Source: Dimorphilus gyrociliatus
Taxonomy: Eukaryota > Animalia > Annelida
Direction of reading: 5' to 3'
Assembly: GCA_904063045.1 (NCBI GenBank)
Contig: CAJFCJ010000012.1
Span: 2,170,001-2,234,000 of the forward strand
Length of the DNA: 64,000 nucleotides
Both the position numbers and the translations under genes were made by a program. The notes under the pieces are model-generated. The model saw nothing but the letters and a program-made list of their open reading frames with translations, was not told the DNA's origin and searched no databases. This document shows, piece after piece, positions 28,899 to 42,000 of the stretch. Positions within the stretch are counted from its first letter, which is position 1. The number at the start of each line of letters is the position of its first letter.

Positions 28899-31320
28899 TC
28901 ATCTATCAGCCTCCTTTTTACCTTTCTTTCTACATCCATATTTAGATATAAATATATTGAATATACATAAAGTTAATTTCATATTTATTTTGCATCCTTT
29001 TGTGTTACATTAGATGGTAGAAACGGTTAATGACTAGACATTTTTTTCATTATAGGCCAAATCGTATCAATTACACAAACGTTTTACGCCGGATATCGTT
29101 AATTGAGAGTCAACAAAACTTTTCAATGTACTTGTTAGCCAACAGTTGGCTATTCCACGAAAAACAATACTCTTCTTAAGTAGATTTCTTAATGTTAGAA
29201 AAAAACAACAACTTTATTAATTTATTTCTCATTTTACTACGCAGTCGCTTTCTTCTTGGAAACGCTAAACGATTAACGGGACGCTACTGATAGAGAGATC
29301 TAGAATGAGTGAGAGACGGCGTTGCTCTAATTTATCCTCTCTATCAACTGTAAATGTGAAAATGGCTCCAATTCTTCGCGGGAAATTGAACCCAATAAAT
29401 GAGGTCATATTGATATCTGTTAGCTTGACATTCAAGCAAAACAGCAGAGGTGGAAAACACTGTAAACACAAACATCTCAACCTGTTAGTCAAACTCTCGA
29501 TAATATATAACATTTAATCGGATAAATACACCTCCCGCAAAGCTCGTCAGAAAGAGAAGGGGAGAAGAGAAAGAAACATAAAAAATGGTTAAACGATGGA
29601 ATAAAAAGACGAAATAAGACAAAGGCCTAAAATTGGGAATTTTCCATTCTCTTTTGTTTGTAAATAGAAGAATATTGATAAAAAAGTGCCCAAGAATGAA
29701 ATAGATGGAAAATTTAAGATCAATTGATCTATTCATTTTAACTATCTTTGTCCTCTTTTAATAGCGAAATCAAGTAGTTTTAGAAGTGGAGCGGAAATAA
29801 TTTCTAATCGGTTATCAATTAAACGTTGGTGTTTTCATTGTCAGCTCGATTGAATCATAATCATTATAATAATCTAAAGTACTTAACAAATTATCTTAAA
29901 CATTCTGCTTTTATTATTCTTATTATTATAATTTTTATGATAAACAAATAATAAATGTAATATGAAATCATAAAAAGCAAAATGAAAGACTATTATTGCA
30001 CTTTCTTCTTCTGCTTGCCCTTCCTCTTGGTATTTTCCTTTTCCCTTCTTCCGTTAGTTTTGTTGTTATTTTTTAAATTAAATAAATATTTTAAAAGATT
30101 TTTAGAGTGAAGAAAAAAAAAATCACTAATAGTAAGTAAAGTATTACTAATCAAAGGTCTAAATAGGTTAATACGGTTGCAAACACTGTGAAAATTGTAC
30201 CGTTCAATGATGTATTGTGTTTGGCTTGTATTAGCAAAGAGTGTTTATTTATTTTTCTTAGTTATTTCCATCCAATCGATATAAATCAATAATCAAATTC
30301 AACGTTATTTGATGGTGATTTAAGGACAAAATATAACGACGCATTATCATTACCTGTCACATAAAAAAAATCGTTTCTCTACATTTCCACTTTTCCTGAC
30401 TCCCCACCCCCTCCCCCACCTCTCTTCCTCCCTATTCTAAACCGTCTCTAACAGCGTCTTTTTTCTACTATTTTGACAAATAAATAAACAAGAGACTAAA
30501 AAAGTTTCTTTTAAAATTTTCCAATTTCCGATTCTAAACGAGTTTTCATTCGATTAACTTCCTTGGTAAACCAAGTTTGATAGCTAAAAATGAACAAAAA
30601 ACATACAGCATCACTTTTTTCCTGCAGCATACCCAACATTTTGCAGTTTAGCCACAAAATAAAAAAACACTGCAAACAATTTCCGCCTTTCGCGCTACGC
30701 TCCGATTCTTTCGTAATATATATTTTTTCAGCTGCAAAGCACTATTGCTATACAAGAAGAGTCGGCGACTGTAAAATTTCTGCAAGCACAGCAATTTGTT
30801 ATAGTTCACAAAAAAAACACACGCACACCAGCAAACATACACACATATATACATTTAGATAGATCTTGCATAAAGATACTCTGGTATGCGTATACAGTAT
30901 ATGCCTTGCTTATTTATATATGCATAGAAATGCCCTTAAATACAAATATTACATATGTGCTCATAGATTGCAATAGTTATATAATCTTTATAAAATATGA
31001 ATTTACTATAAATAGATCAATATAAATGTATTCTCTATGTATAAGCGGTATATTTTCTATTACATAAACAGAGTATTGTGTTGGTATGTATCAGATCATG
31101 ATGATATAACTATATATTATGAATACAAACTATACATATTGTATATACATTTAGGTGTTTGTATACTACATACACACATCTCTAAAAGCATGCATTACTT
31201 AAGTAACCTTGCGCTCATAGACACATAGGCATATACACAGGCAGACATTTATATATAAACATATACATTCACATACACGTAGATATGGTAGATGTTTCAT
31301 ATAGACGCCCATAGATATAC

Positions 31321-31565
31321 ACATGCATGCACGCATACACACACGCATACACACACGCACACACACACACACACTTATATACAGTATATTTATATACAGT
31401 ATATATATACATATCTATGTATATTACATGTATATACTGTATAAACGTCTAATTACTCGCTTCACATTCATATATAACTCGTATATACTGTATATATATT
31501 GTATGTATAGTATTTATACTAATGTATAGATATACATTTGTATATGCATACATAGATACGTACAG

Positions 31566-31619
<54 letters not shown>

Positions 31620-31632
31620 TACATACACACAC
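31321..31632. repeat. Complex (CA)n/(TA)n low-complexity tract containing five TACAGTA/TACTGTA motifs
   Basis: Motifs at 31380, 31395, 31435, 31486, 31561; pure (TA)n at about 31575-31614. Confidence 0.85.
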
Positions 31633-31744
31633 CCTTTTTTTCAATTACTTTATTTCATTCTGTTTCGTCCTTTTTATATTTTTTACAAGTCAGTCTAATT
31701 AAATGGAATACGATAATGGCATCGTTTTTTTCGTAACGAGGTCG

Positions 31745-31798
31745 TGATTGATTGGTGCCGTCTAGACGAAAACAGACGCCTGAACTGGATCACGTGAT
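31745..31798. promoter_or_regulatory. Orphan promoter-like module (TGATTGATTGG CCAAT-type box + ATCACGTGAT E-box palindrome)
   Basis: gtgattgattgg near 31745-31755 and atcacgtgat at 31789-31798, in a locally GC-richer island with no adjacent ORF. Confidence 0.4.
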
Positions 31799-33538
31799 GC
31801 TCGCAATCAAGAAGCGTCACTGGACAAAGTTGCAGAGCTAGGCAAACTGCTTGTTTTCCTCGACAATTATATAAAAAATAAATGGCAAGGACTAAATTGA
31901 GTAATATCTTAGAGAAGATAGGAGAGGAGAGAGGGAGTGAAAGAGGGAGAGAAAAAGAGAGAGAAAGAGAGAGAGAGAGAGGTAAATAGTAGTTAAATAG
32001 AATTTTGCGAAAAAAAATTGAAGGAGAGGAAAGAAAGGAAAACTAAACGGAAAAATTCATTATGATTAATTCCAAGTTTAATTGGAATTAATTATAAGAC
32101 TTTACTGATGAGTAACACGCATCAGATTTTAGGGGTTTAAAACTTACTGGTAGAAGAGAGTGGAGGAAGATAGGATTTACAAGGATTTTGATCAAAGAGA
32201 GAAACAGTAGTAGAGTATGCTGGCATATACGATTGGCAAATGTCGAATTATAGTAAATTGAGATGAAGAGAAGCGATCGAGTCAACTTTTTCCGTCAATT
32301 GGGTCGCTAATCAATGACTGACTTTAGACCGTTTATTTTTTTTTCGGACAGTCTATAGCTTTGTCGTCTCTTTTATCTTTTCATTTCTTTTCATAAAAAG
32401 TAATTAAAGTAAACTTTTTTTCCCTAAACTTATTAAAAATGTATGAAACTTTCTTAGTTAGACAGAGGCTAATCTAGCAAAATTGGTAAATTGAACAAAT
32501 AACTAACTCTACCCATTTAAAAGTGAGTTTCTTTTTATTCTATGCTCTAATCGCCAACTATAGAATCATATAGTAATCATGGCTTATCTCAAGTAATTAG
32601 GTCAGCTCCATTAACGTTTTCTATTATTCATTGACTTATACCGATGTATATATTGAAGGGTCTAATCCATTTGATGTCACTTTAACATTTTATCATGTAC
32701 AAATCTTGTCTAGACCAATTGCCTGTTTGCTTTACAATATTATATTCTACCAATTTGAAAGTTATGTTAATTTATACATTTTTTCTTCAATTTCTCTTTT
32801 GATTTAGCGTCTCTTAACGGAATATTTGAAGCGTTTTTCCATCTCTTCTGTATTTTCTCTCATTAAAACATCTAATAAAACCGTGTTAGAAGCATCACTT
32901 TATCGTCTATACTTATGTACGCATGAATGAGTATTTATACGCAAATATCCCAAAGGCTTATTTTCCTAATTGATATTCAAGAAGATGCATACGTATTAAA
33001 TTATATTAATTATATTAAAGCGTCTATTAAGGTATTACAAGTATTAACAAAGTGTTTTGTTTTCATGCAATAGCTATTTTTTCCCCTTTAATCGATGCAT
33101 TCCGTTGTTCTTTTATCTCTTTTCTCCTCCTCTCTCTTACAGTCATTCTCCGCCTCTTCTCCTAGCTTTTCAAGTCTCCATATCTATCTCTCTTTTTCTC
33201 TATCCATCCTTAATTCGGATTTTTAGCTGACGAATAGTTTCGTTTCGTTCTAGTTTGCTTTCTTTAATTTTATGCGCATGCGTAGTTTATTAATATTAAA
33301 AGCGTTTGACTTTTACCATATCCTTCATCTATGAAAATAATCTATGTTATAATCTTGAAATTAAATTTATTCAATTTTGTTTACCGGCTATGAAAAAGGT
33401 CAGGAGCAGTGCCAATCTACGTATACACTTCCTTTTCCTGTTGTGATTAACAAAGGTCATTAACCTCTGAAAAGTTTTTTCTCTTTAACTTTTCCTCTGT
33501 ATTGTTGTTGGTTTAGATGAGAGAATTTGATTAGAAGG

Positions 33539-33540
<2 letters not shown>

Positions 33541-33585
<45 letters not shown>

Positions 33586-33600
33586 TATATATATGTATAT
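33541..33600. mobile_element. (TA)n tract interrupted by CAG: representative candidate Tc1/mariner excision footprint (TA-CAG-TA)
   Basis: About 40 nt of pure TA repeat, then tacagta at 33581-33587, then TA repeat again. The footprint interpretation is inference; no transposon body is present. Confidence 0.4.
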
Positions 33601-34729
33601 AAGCGTGTAAGGTAAGGTAACTAAAAGTATCGAAAAGTGAAAGTCAACGCATTTTCTCACGAAAACGAAAAGAAAAATATATTAATCGAAAACATAAGAT
33701 TTTCCTCACCTAAAGCCTTGGTGCATCAGCCGATCCGTTTTACGCCTATATTTTTCTTTTTTGATGCTCTTCTAAGAGAACTTGGAGCGTCCCAAAGGTG
33801 TCTTTAGGATTTTTGTTCGACTTTAATTGATGGCCGAGTGTTAACGTTCGATAAGTATTTTATTTTCGGCTACTCTATTTTTAACAACAAAATTTAAAGC
33901 AAACTTACGGATATACGGTCCAAAGCATTCAAATCGAAAGCACGGATTTAGAGAAAGTCCTTAATGCCATCTACCGGGTTGAATAATTCTTAACCTTTTT
34001 CCATTAGTTAGACGAACATTCTTTATCGACATGTCCCTTAGAGATTGCTTTCTAAAAATCCTTTCGATGAGTCCATTTGTGTTGTTTGCAAGAAAATGCT
34101 TCTATGACTTTATCCAGAATACTCCTATATCCCTTTTTTATATTTATCCTCCAAAGAAAAATGGAAAATCCCAAAAAACTATATTTTAATAATTATTTAT
34201 AATTTTCTTTAAATTCTCATATTTATTCTATACAATCACGTTTTTTATCTTTACTGATTTTATCATATGATCGGTGTCGGGGTCGAAAATCTCTATCATT
34301 AATTTCGGCTAAACGAAATGCCATCTATCGGATAAAACTGTTGTTAAAATAGTTTTTCTCTTTCAATTGTTTTCATAATGATCATTGTAGGTTGTTAAGA
34401 AAAACCAATATAGAAATAGATTTACTTAAATGTATTTGAATATACGGTTAACTCAAGATAAACATATAGGCACACTGTTTATTAGTATATATACTGTACT
34501 GGTAAAATGTTTTATGTACAGATCGTTTATATTCTCATTTTCCATGTATAAGCTGATAGGGATTTTATAGGCCTTGGAAAAATTCTAAGACCTTGGATTT
34601 AATGGTTTTAGAGTCTTATTATTAGGATGATTCAGAGAAAACGAAAGAGAGAGAAAGAGAGAGGGAACGAGAGTGAAAAATCCTACAATAGAGAATATTA
34701 TAAACTGTTTATGTACTTGGACATACAGG

Positions 34730-34767
<38 letters not shown>

Positions 34768-36862
34768 TATATGAACATCTCTAGGAAGCAAGAAAGATCG
34801 GAAGGAAAATATAACTGAAAAATAAAAGCAATCAAACTTATGGGCTTAAATTGTCTTGAAAATGAAACCAACTACAATTACTATCAATCAAACTTCCTCA
34901 TCTTTCTTTTTAATAAATTAACTGGTCTTAATAAGTTAATAAATAATGTATTTATTTAATTATTGTTATTTATACAAGAAAATTAAGCCTTTAAATATAG
35001 TTTTCCGTCTAAAAAGAAGAAAAAATAAATAGCATAATTCTAGAAAAAGAGGGAAATAAGAGGTTTTCTTTTTCGTAAATTGAGAAGAAGGAGAAAAAAA
35101 AGAAAAAGGGAAGATATATTCATTTCGTAAGATTTATAAAACTTAATAATTTAAATCAGTTTAACCGCGTATTGAAATATTGGCGTCTTTAATAAGAATC
35201 CACACATCTTGTTAGGCAGATATTGCAATTCTTCTAATGAATCAAGGCAAGATTTTTTGTTTGAAAGTTAGCTAGAGGATTGGATAAAAAGAAAATTCGC
35301 TATCTTTTAAGACTAGACTATAACTAAATGGGATGTGGATAGCAGGGGTTGAGAGTCGACAGCTACATTTACTGACGTAGCAATTAAGGGACGAAAATTA
35401 TACTCCCTATCTCATCAATTTTAGACTGAGGATAATTGAAAAACATAATATCCAATGGCGAAACTAAGATTAAGCTTCCATCTCAAAGCATGGATTATAC
35501 ATTGAAAAAGTCAGCCCATGAACTATAGGGCCATTGAGTGTAGAAGATGCAAAAAGGAAGCTTAAATAGGAGAAGAGAGATAATTAGTCATTTTTTAAAA
35601 TGCTTTTTGGAAATAAAGAAGTAGATTTACGGAACATTTAAGGTCAATGCTCTCTCTCAATTAAGGGAAGGAAGAGGATAATAAATAAAAAAGGTAAAAA
35701 AGTGAAAAGAGGAATTGGCAAGATAAAGACAAAGATAAAGATAAAGATTTTATGATATAGGCAGGTATTTATAGGTATACAATAAAAAAAAACACTGCTC
35801 GAGAAAATATTGCTTAAAATCTTTTTTTACTGTAATTTAGAGAAGGTTAGATCTCTCCTCTTTCCTAATTTCGTTCAATTTTCAGTCTTATTCCTTCCAT
35901 GAGAGAACAAAAAAGCAAGGTAAAGAGAATGATATGCATTATTTTCATTCGTCAACGTCAATACTATTTAGTATAGGTTTGTGGGATTTTTGCCCTAGTT
36001 CCAATCTATAGAAATGCAAACAAATTGATAATACAAAACAGTTCTTTTTTTGTGAAATACTTGTCTAGTCATATCGTTTCCTCCATCACTTCCTTCTTAA
36101 TTACTATAACAAGCATTTTTTCCGTCTGCGAGCTAATTAGCCTATAAGATGTCACGTTATGCACATTTTATAATGGGAGAGGAAGGCGAAAGAAGGTAAG
36201 GAAAGCGAAAGGTGGCAAAGAAACCGAAGAATTTTAGTCGATTCTTATTTTTTTATGCCACTGTAACGGTTTTTATTTATACTTTTTATATTTTTAATTG
36301 CATTTATTAAGGTCATATTTTATTTCTGTTTTCTTCTTTCCTCTTTACACGTTTAATAAATTATATTAAGTCTATACGGAAATTTTTAGATTTAAAATTT
36401 TTTATCCATAGGCCTAGAAGGTCTTTTAGACTTAATTACCATAAAAAACGCTGTAAATCTTGATGGAAGATTTTTTATTAAAAAAAAAAACCTAATACAA
36501 TAAAAAAAGAAATATTATATATTGTTTGTTATTACATACTTGCTGTGCTACTTACGACCCATAGAGATTTAGGGCGGGGCTAGACGATAATTAATTATAG
36601 GTATAAGAGTGCAAAATGTATATCATGTTTCAATATAGTAGTCTCCTTAATTTTTTTGAAGATGTACAAGTTTCCCTTATTTTATAAATAAAAGTTGATT
36701 TTGCCTTATACTTTCTCTAGTTTCCCTATAATATTTATTTATCAACGCTTTGAATAAATATTCAAAGTAGATCATACCTGTAGAAACTTTCACGACGCTT
36801 GGCGACGCCACAACGTCATCTGTGGCGTTCTGACGAGAGATGCGCAACGAACTGCATGAAGG

Positions 36863-38688
36863 ATGGGTTCCGCCTCGTCAGCTAATCAAGCTGTTTCTAC
36901 AAATCCACAACTTCCAACAGGACCTGTAAAATCGGTTGATTCTCGTCTACCTTTCACTCATTACAAACAAGTTTTCACTCTAAAAAACAATTGGAAGGCA
37001 GTTTCGAGGAGAATGGACGAAGTTTCCAAGGACTGTTTATCAAGGTATTTATGTTTTATTAATGAAAAAGGCAATTAAAAAAAAGTGATTCCACTAATTA
37101 GTCTTCCGTAAAAAGATCTATTCGTTGAGGTGATGAGAATTATTGAAGCATCAGTGCTATGCAGAAATCAATAACACTATCTAATACATGTGTATACAAC
37201 CAACAGCCTAGGGAAATCAATAAATGAATGTTGAAAAAGAGAGAAAAGACGAAAGAGAGGATAAGCAAGGGAGGGAAAAGAATAGATGGAAAGAAAAGGA
37301 CAAAAAAATAGAGAGACAGGCTAAAAGAAGACTGAGATAGGGAAATAGAAACACAGAAAAAAAGAAAAAAGGAGAATAGAATACAGTCGGCTAAAGCGGT
37401 TAATAAAGGAGAAAGAAAGATAGCCAGAGAGAGAGAGAGAGAGAGAGAGGGAGAAGAAAGAATTAAGAAATTAGCTAAAAGATTTTCTAAAGAGAGAAGA
37501 GGCAGATAAAAGAGTAGGAAATTTCTTGTTTTTATGTTTGCAGTGTAGACAATATATACACAGTATTTTCGTTTATAGAGAATTAACTCTATCCAGCAAA
37601 ATATATATAGCTAGCTTCTAGAAGACAATTATCAGTCTATATATTTAATATTAGACATTAACATACATTCTATATGCATATGCTAATAGTCTCGTACAAC
37701 AGATTCTGATATATCTCCATTTGATTTACAAATTTACTAAAATAAGGGAATAAGTGATAGCATTAGTTTATGAACCTGATATTTAGCGCTCTATTAAACA
37801 AGAAAAGATAACCGACAATTTTCTCTTTATTACTGAACGATCAAAGCTTAAATGTCCATCTTTTCTTCTCTTTCGACTTTCTTAATGATTATCTTGAAAG
37901 AAAATTCCTTCAGCATAGTTTTATTTTTCAATATTTAACACTTCGTGGTCTCGAGTCACAGAATTGATTTCGAATATAGTGGATGTATTTTCATCATAAT
38001 ACAGCTTCGAGGCAATTTATGGCCTTGGGCAAGATCAAAAAAGTCGACTGACTAATTCATATTAAAACTGCAATCTTTTTCAGATTCTTTATGGCTCATC
38101 CCCATCATCTACAACTACACTCCGAACTGGCCAAAATGGACAAAAGTACATTAGAAAGCAGCATAGAATTTGAGAACTCTGCTCTAAATGTTTTTCAATG
38201 CATCGATGAAGTTGTTAAGAAATTGGAAGAGGATGTTGACTCGGCTATAGCGGTATTAGAGAAGACTGGAAAATTTCATAAGGGAATAGATGGCTTCGAA
38301 GCTTCATATTTTCAGGTAAGAAAACACAGTTATACCATCTATAAGAAGATCAGTGAAAGTGTAATTTAGCTCAGTCTTAGTCATAAAATATTTAAAATTA
38401 GAGCGATGTTTATTAAAAGTAGAGAAAATTAAGAGAAAAACTTAGGAGAGGAGGGGGTGGATATTATTTATAAACGTAATATAAATTATATATCTCTACG
38501 ACTATATATATATATATATATATATATATTCCATTAATAATGATAAATTTTTTCAGGATATGGAAAATCCGTTTGTGGACTCGATAAAAGATTGTTTGGG
38601 AGAGAGATGTACAGAAGCTACTGACGGTTTATTACACAATTTTTATGCGTTTTTAGTTACTTATTTGTCAAAACCCTTCGAAAGGTGA
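36863..38688 (+). CDS. N-myristoylated globin, globin X-like (GbXL) family, 181 aa
   Basis: Exons 36863-37044, 38084-38315, 38557-38688, with introns at the classical B12.2 and G7.0 globin positions. MGSASS myristoylation motif; DSRLPF...WKAVSRRM, GKFH (F8 His), IDGFEASYF and LGERCTE resemble GbXL proteins as I recall them (DPRLPL...WKGISRAM, IPGFKAEYF, LGDRYTE). Confidence 0.88.
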
Positions 38689-39012
38689 CAATTTGGTAGA
38701 TTTCAATTAAAAACACAATAAAATTTAAATAAATTTTGTACTTATTCAAATATTTCTGTCTTTGATAATTATCTCTAATCGTCCTTAGAAATTATTGATT
38801 ATATTCAACTTTGAAGCGGTTGTCCTTTTGAAAAGAATACTCTTTGAAGACTTTGTAGCGTATTTGTACCTGTAAAACATATTTTATTCCAATATGCCCC
38901 CTATTTGCCAAATAACAGTGATAAATAATAAATCAGAAAGGGATAGAAAGAGTAAGAGAGATCTAGAGTTGCTGTAAGAGCGAGATAGAGAGATATACAT
39001 TTGTATATATAA

Positions 39013-39020
<8 letters not shown>

Positions 39021-39069
<49 letters not shown>
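39021..39069. repeat. Compound (AT)n-(AG)n microsatellite
   Basis: Read directly. Confidence 0.9.
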
Positions 39070-42000
39070 CGGAGAAAGGGGGGAAGAGCGAGTGTCTATT
39101 TTCTGAAGCTTTCGGTTTTAACGTATTTGATTTAGTTGAAAGCGTTTCTGTATATGCTACAACATACAAAGAAAAATACAAACAAACATATATTCAGTAT
39201 ATTTATATACAATATACTGTACATATATATATATATAATACATTCAGCACATTTACATGCTGCACAATAAAAACATCATGTAGAGAGGAAGATAGAAGTA
39301 AGGAGATTTTGTCACATAACGAAAGAAATTATTGAAGATTCTCAGTTCCTATTCAAAAGCTGAGTATTGGATTAAAAAGTATTTTCTTTATTATTTTCAA
39401 TGGTTTTTTTTATATTAAGATAGAAAAAGAAAACTATGTTTATCTATTCATTATGCCAATAAAATACGATCTGTATTGGATGTTATTGAAGAACCAGTGT
39501 TCCCTGCAACGATTTACGTACGAACAATAAAGAACGATATATTGATCCAATGTACCAATCCGTATGTTGCAAATAAAGATTTTTTTCTTAAACCTATGCT
39601 CTTACGTTCATTTACGTTATATTTTTTCATTTCTTTCAGGAATTACATCAGCTTTCATAAACTCACTCAAGTTTTCATTTGTTTGCCCCTTTTACATTCT
39701 CTTTCTCTCTATAAATAGCTTAATATCGCAAACTTTGTAATAATATAATACATTCTGAAATCAATCTATTATATTTTTTTCTTTCTCTTTTCTCTTTTTA
39801 GAAAGAATAAAAATTATTTTCCTCTTCTCTTCTTCCCTAGTTTCTCATTTTTCTTTCCTAATTCACCTAGTGACTTTGTTTTCTCACTTTCCCATTCACT
39901 CGCCCTCTCTTTTTCCTATATGACCTATGACAAATATATTTTATATCTGTGTACGCAAATAGGCTAAGCATTGTTCTATTAAGATAGAAGTTGAATATGT
40001 AGATTTTTGGCGATAGCGATAAATATCTTGTCTAAATTTTGTATGATAGAAATCGATGAATACGAACATAGCTAGAACAATAATCAATAAAAATGCTCTT
40101 TGCAATTTTTTTTCTTTGTGATAAAAGCAAAAAAGCTAACGGGCAAAGTCAAAGAAAATATTCTAATAAAAAAACGAACGAACGTCTACAAATGTTAACG
40201 ATACCATCAACATTTTCTTTTTATAAACGCACGTATATGATTGTTGAACACCTTAAAGGGACATTGCCTTCTCTCTATCCATCCTGTCTTTTTCCCTCTC
40301 TCTCTCTCTTGTGGGCTTTGAAATTACGCTTTTCTAGTAGGGAAAATTTTCCCCTGACATTAAATAAGAAGTAGAAAGGGGAATAAAGAGAAATAAATAT
40401 AAAAACAGGAAAAAATTGTATGGAGTGAGATGAGAGAGACGATTGCGGTAAAGGATATAGAATAGTACTGTTGTATGCAAGTAAATTAATAAAATAGTTT
40501 TCATCTCGACAGCAACTCGTGTCTAATTTATCTTCAAAAAATACTTATTCCTCTTAACAATCGATTACCTTTTCTTTTTCCTTTAAAATCTTCAGTTTCC
40601 ACTATCTGTTTTTCTTTTCTCCTCACTCTCTCTCTCTCTCGCTCACTCACTCACTCACTCACTAACATACTCTCTCCCTTGCCGTCCCTTTTTCTCTTTC
40701 CTGTCTTTCTCTCTATTTATCTAACCATCTATCTACATTTCTATCAATCAATCAATAAATCCTTCGGAAATACATCCTGTTTATTGACATTTGCCCAGTT
40801 CAACAATAACTTAAATTTCTATTAGTATTTTATTTATTTTTGTCATCATTAGTAGTATAAATGAATTGTTTTCCTGTTTTAGTCTAATTTTCATTGAATA
40901 TTCCATTGTTTATATAATTCTCTTTTTACATTGATAAATCGGAAGTAAGATGAAACTGATAATCGACAAAAGTACGGATATAACGATAGCTGAAAAGTGA
41001 TAATATGTACTCTGCTCTTTATTCACAGTCGACTTATCAAACAACTCGGGAAAGAAAGCGTTAAAGTAAAAGAATCTTTTGAAAATTTATCCGACATAAT
41101 GTTCGATTTATCATTTATCTTAAAAAAAAGAAGGGAGGAAAAAAAAAAGAACTATATTTTTTTTTTATTATGAACGCTTTGAAAAAAATTTCCACTTTCT
41201 TTTCCACAAAAGTTAAATGCCTTTTATTACCTTTTCTCTTTAATTTGAATCAATTAAATAACAAGGTAGAAATATAAAAATACTAGACATTTAGACCGTT
41301 AGATTTATTTTAGTATAACCTATAGCCAATACTACCTTAAAAAGTAAATAGGTACATGTACAACTTGGAAGGCACATCGTTATTGTAATAAGTATTTTTT
41401 AAAGAGCAACTTAGTGAGGATTTTTTTTAGGTGACTTTTAGAATTTAACAGGTATTACAGTGACCTTCGATAGCATTTTGCACCATATAATGATTAAAAT
41501 AACGAAAGTAACCTATTAGACTAAAGGTGGAGGAAGATGATTCTGGTTAAAAGAAGAAAAATTTTCCACAACGCCATCTATATTTTTTTGGAAACGTTAT
41601 TAATAAGGTGTAATAACAGGATTTCTAGGGTAGTTTAATGGAATATTATTAAATATTTTCACTCTTGGTATACATATATATCTATATATATAGAAACTAT
41701 AAATACTTAATTGATGAGGTTATACATGTATTATATATATAGTATAAATGGTATTTATGTAGTGCATGTTATACTATATATTTATATATATATACCGTAT
41801 ATTGTGTAATGAAGTAGCCCCTAAATTAAACATTAATTTCTAATAAATATATATTAAATACACAAAAGTGAAAAGATCGATTATTAAAGTCAGTAGGTAA
41901 GATAGAGGAAAAAATTAAAAAAAAAACAGGAAAGAAGAGAGATGAAGAGAGGATATATAGGTCCCTTTATAAAGCGACATTTAAAACAAAAAGGTACTAC

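Noticed and set aside
28379-29190. Series of splice-site-bounded segments (28379-28431, 28641-28711, 29056 onward) suggesting a spliced lncRNA
   Set aside because: No coherent open frame across the segments, and such sites arise easily in AT-rich DNA; unsupported without transcript data.
29031-35260. miRNA seed-like matches (miR-279 tgactaga near 29031, miR-92 tattgcac near 29994, miR-31 aggcaaga near 35245)
   Set aside because: Only the seed matches; the 3' portions differ and no complementary hairpin arm is present.
35328-35342. ATG GGA TGT GGA TAG (MGCG-stop), resembling the MGCGSS start
   Set aside because: Immediate stop and no downstream similarity to the 50.9-kb gene; treated as chance.
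40950-41172. Spliced ORF MKLIIDK...RLIKQLGKESVKVKESFENL...
   Set aside because: Requires a 32-nt intron, shorter than any intron in the well-supported genes here; no homology.
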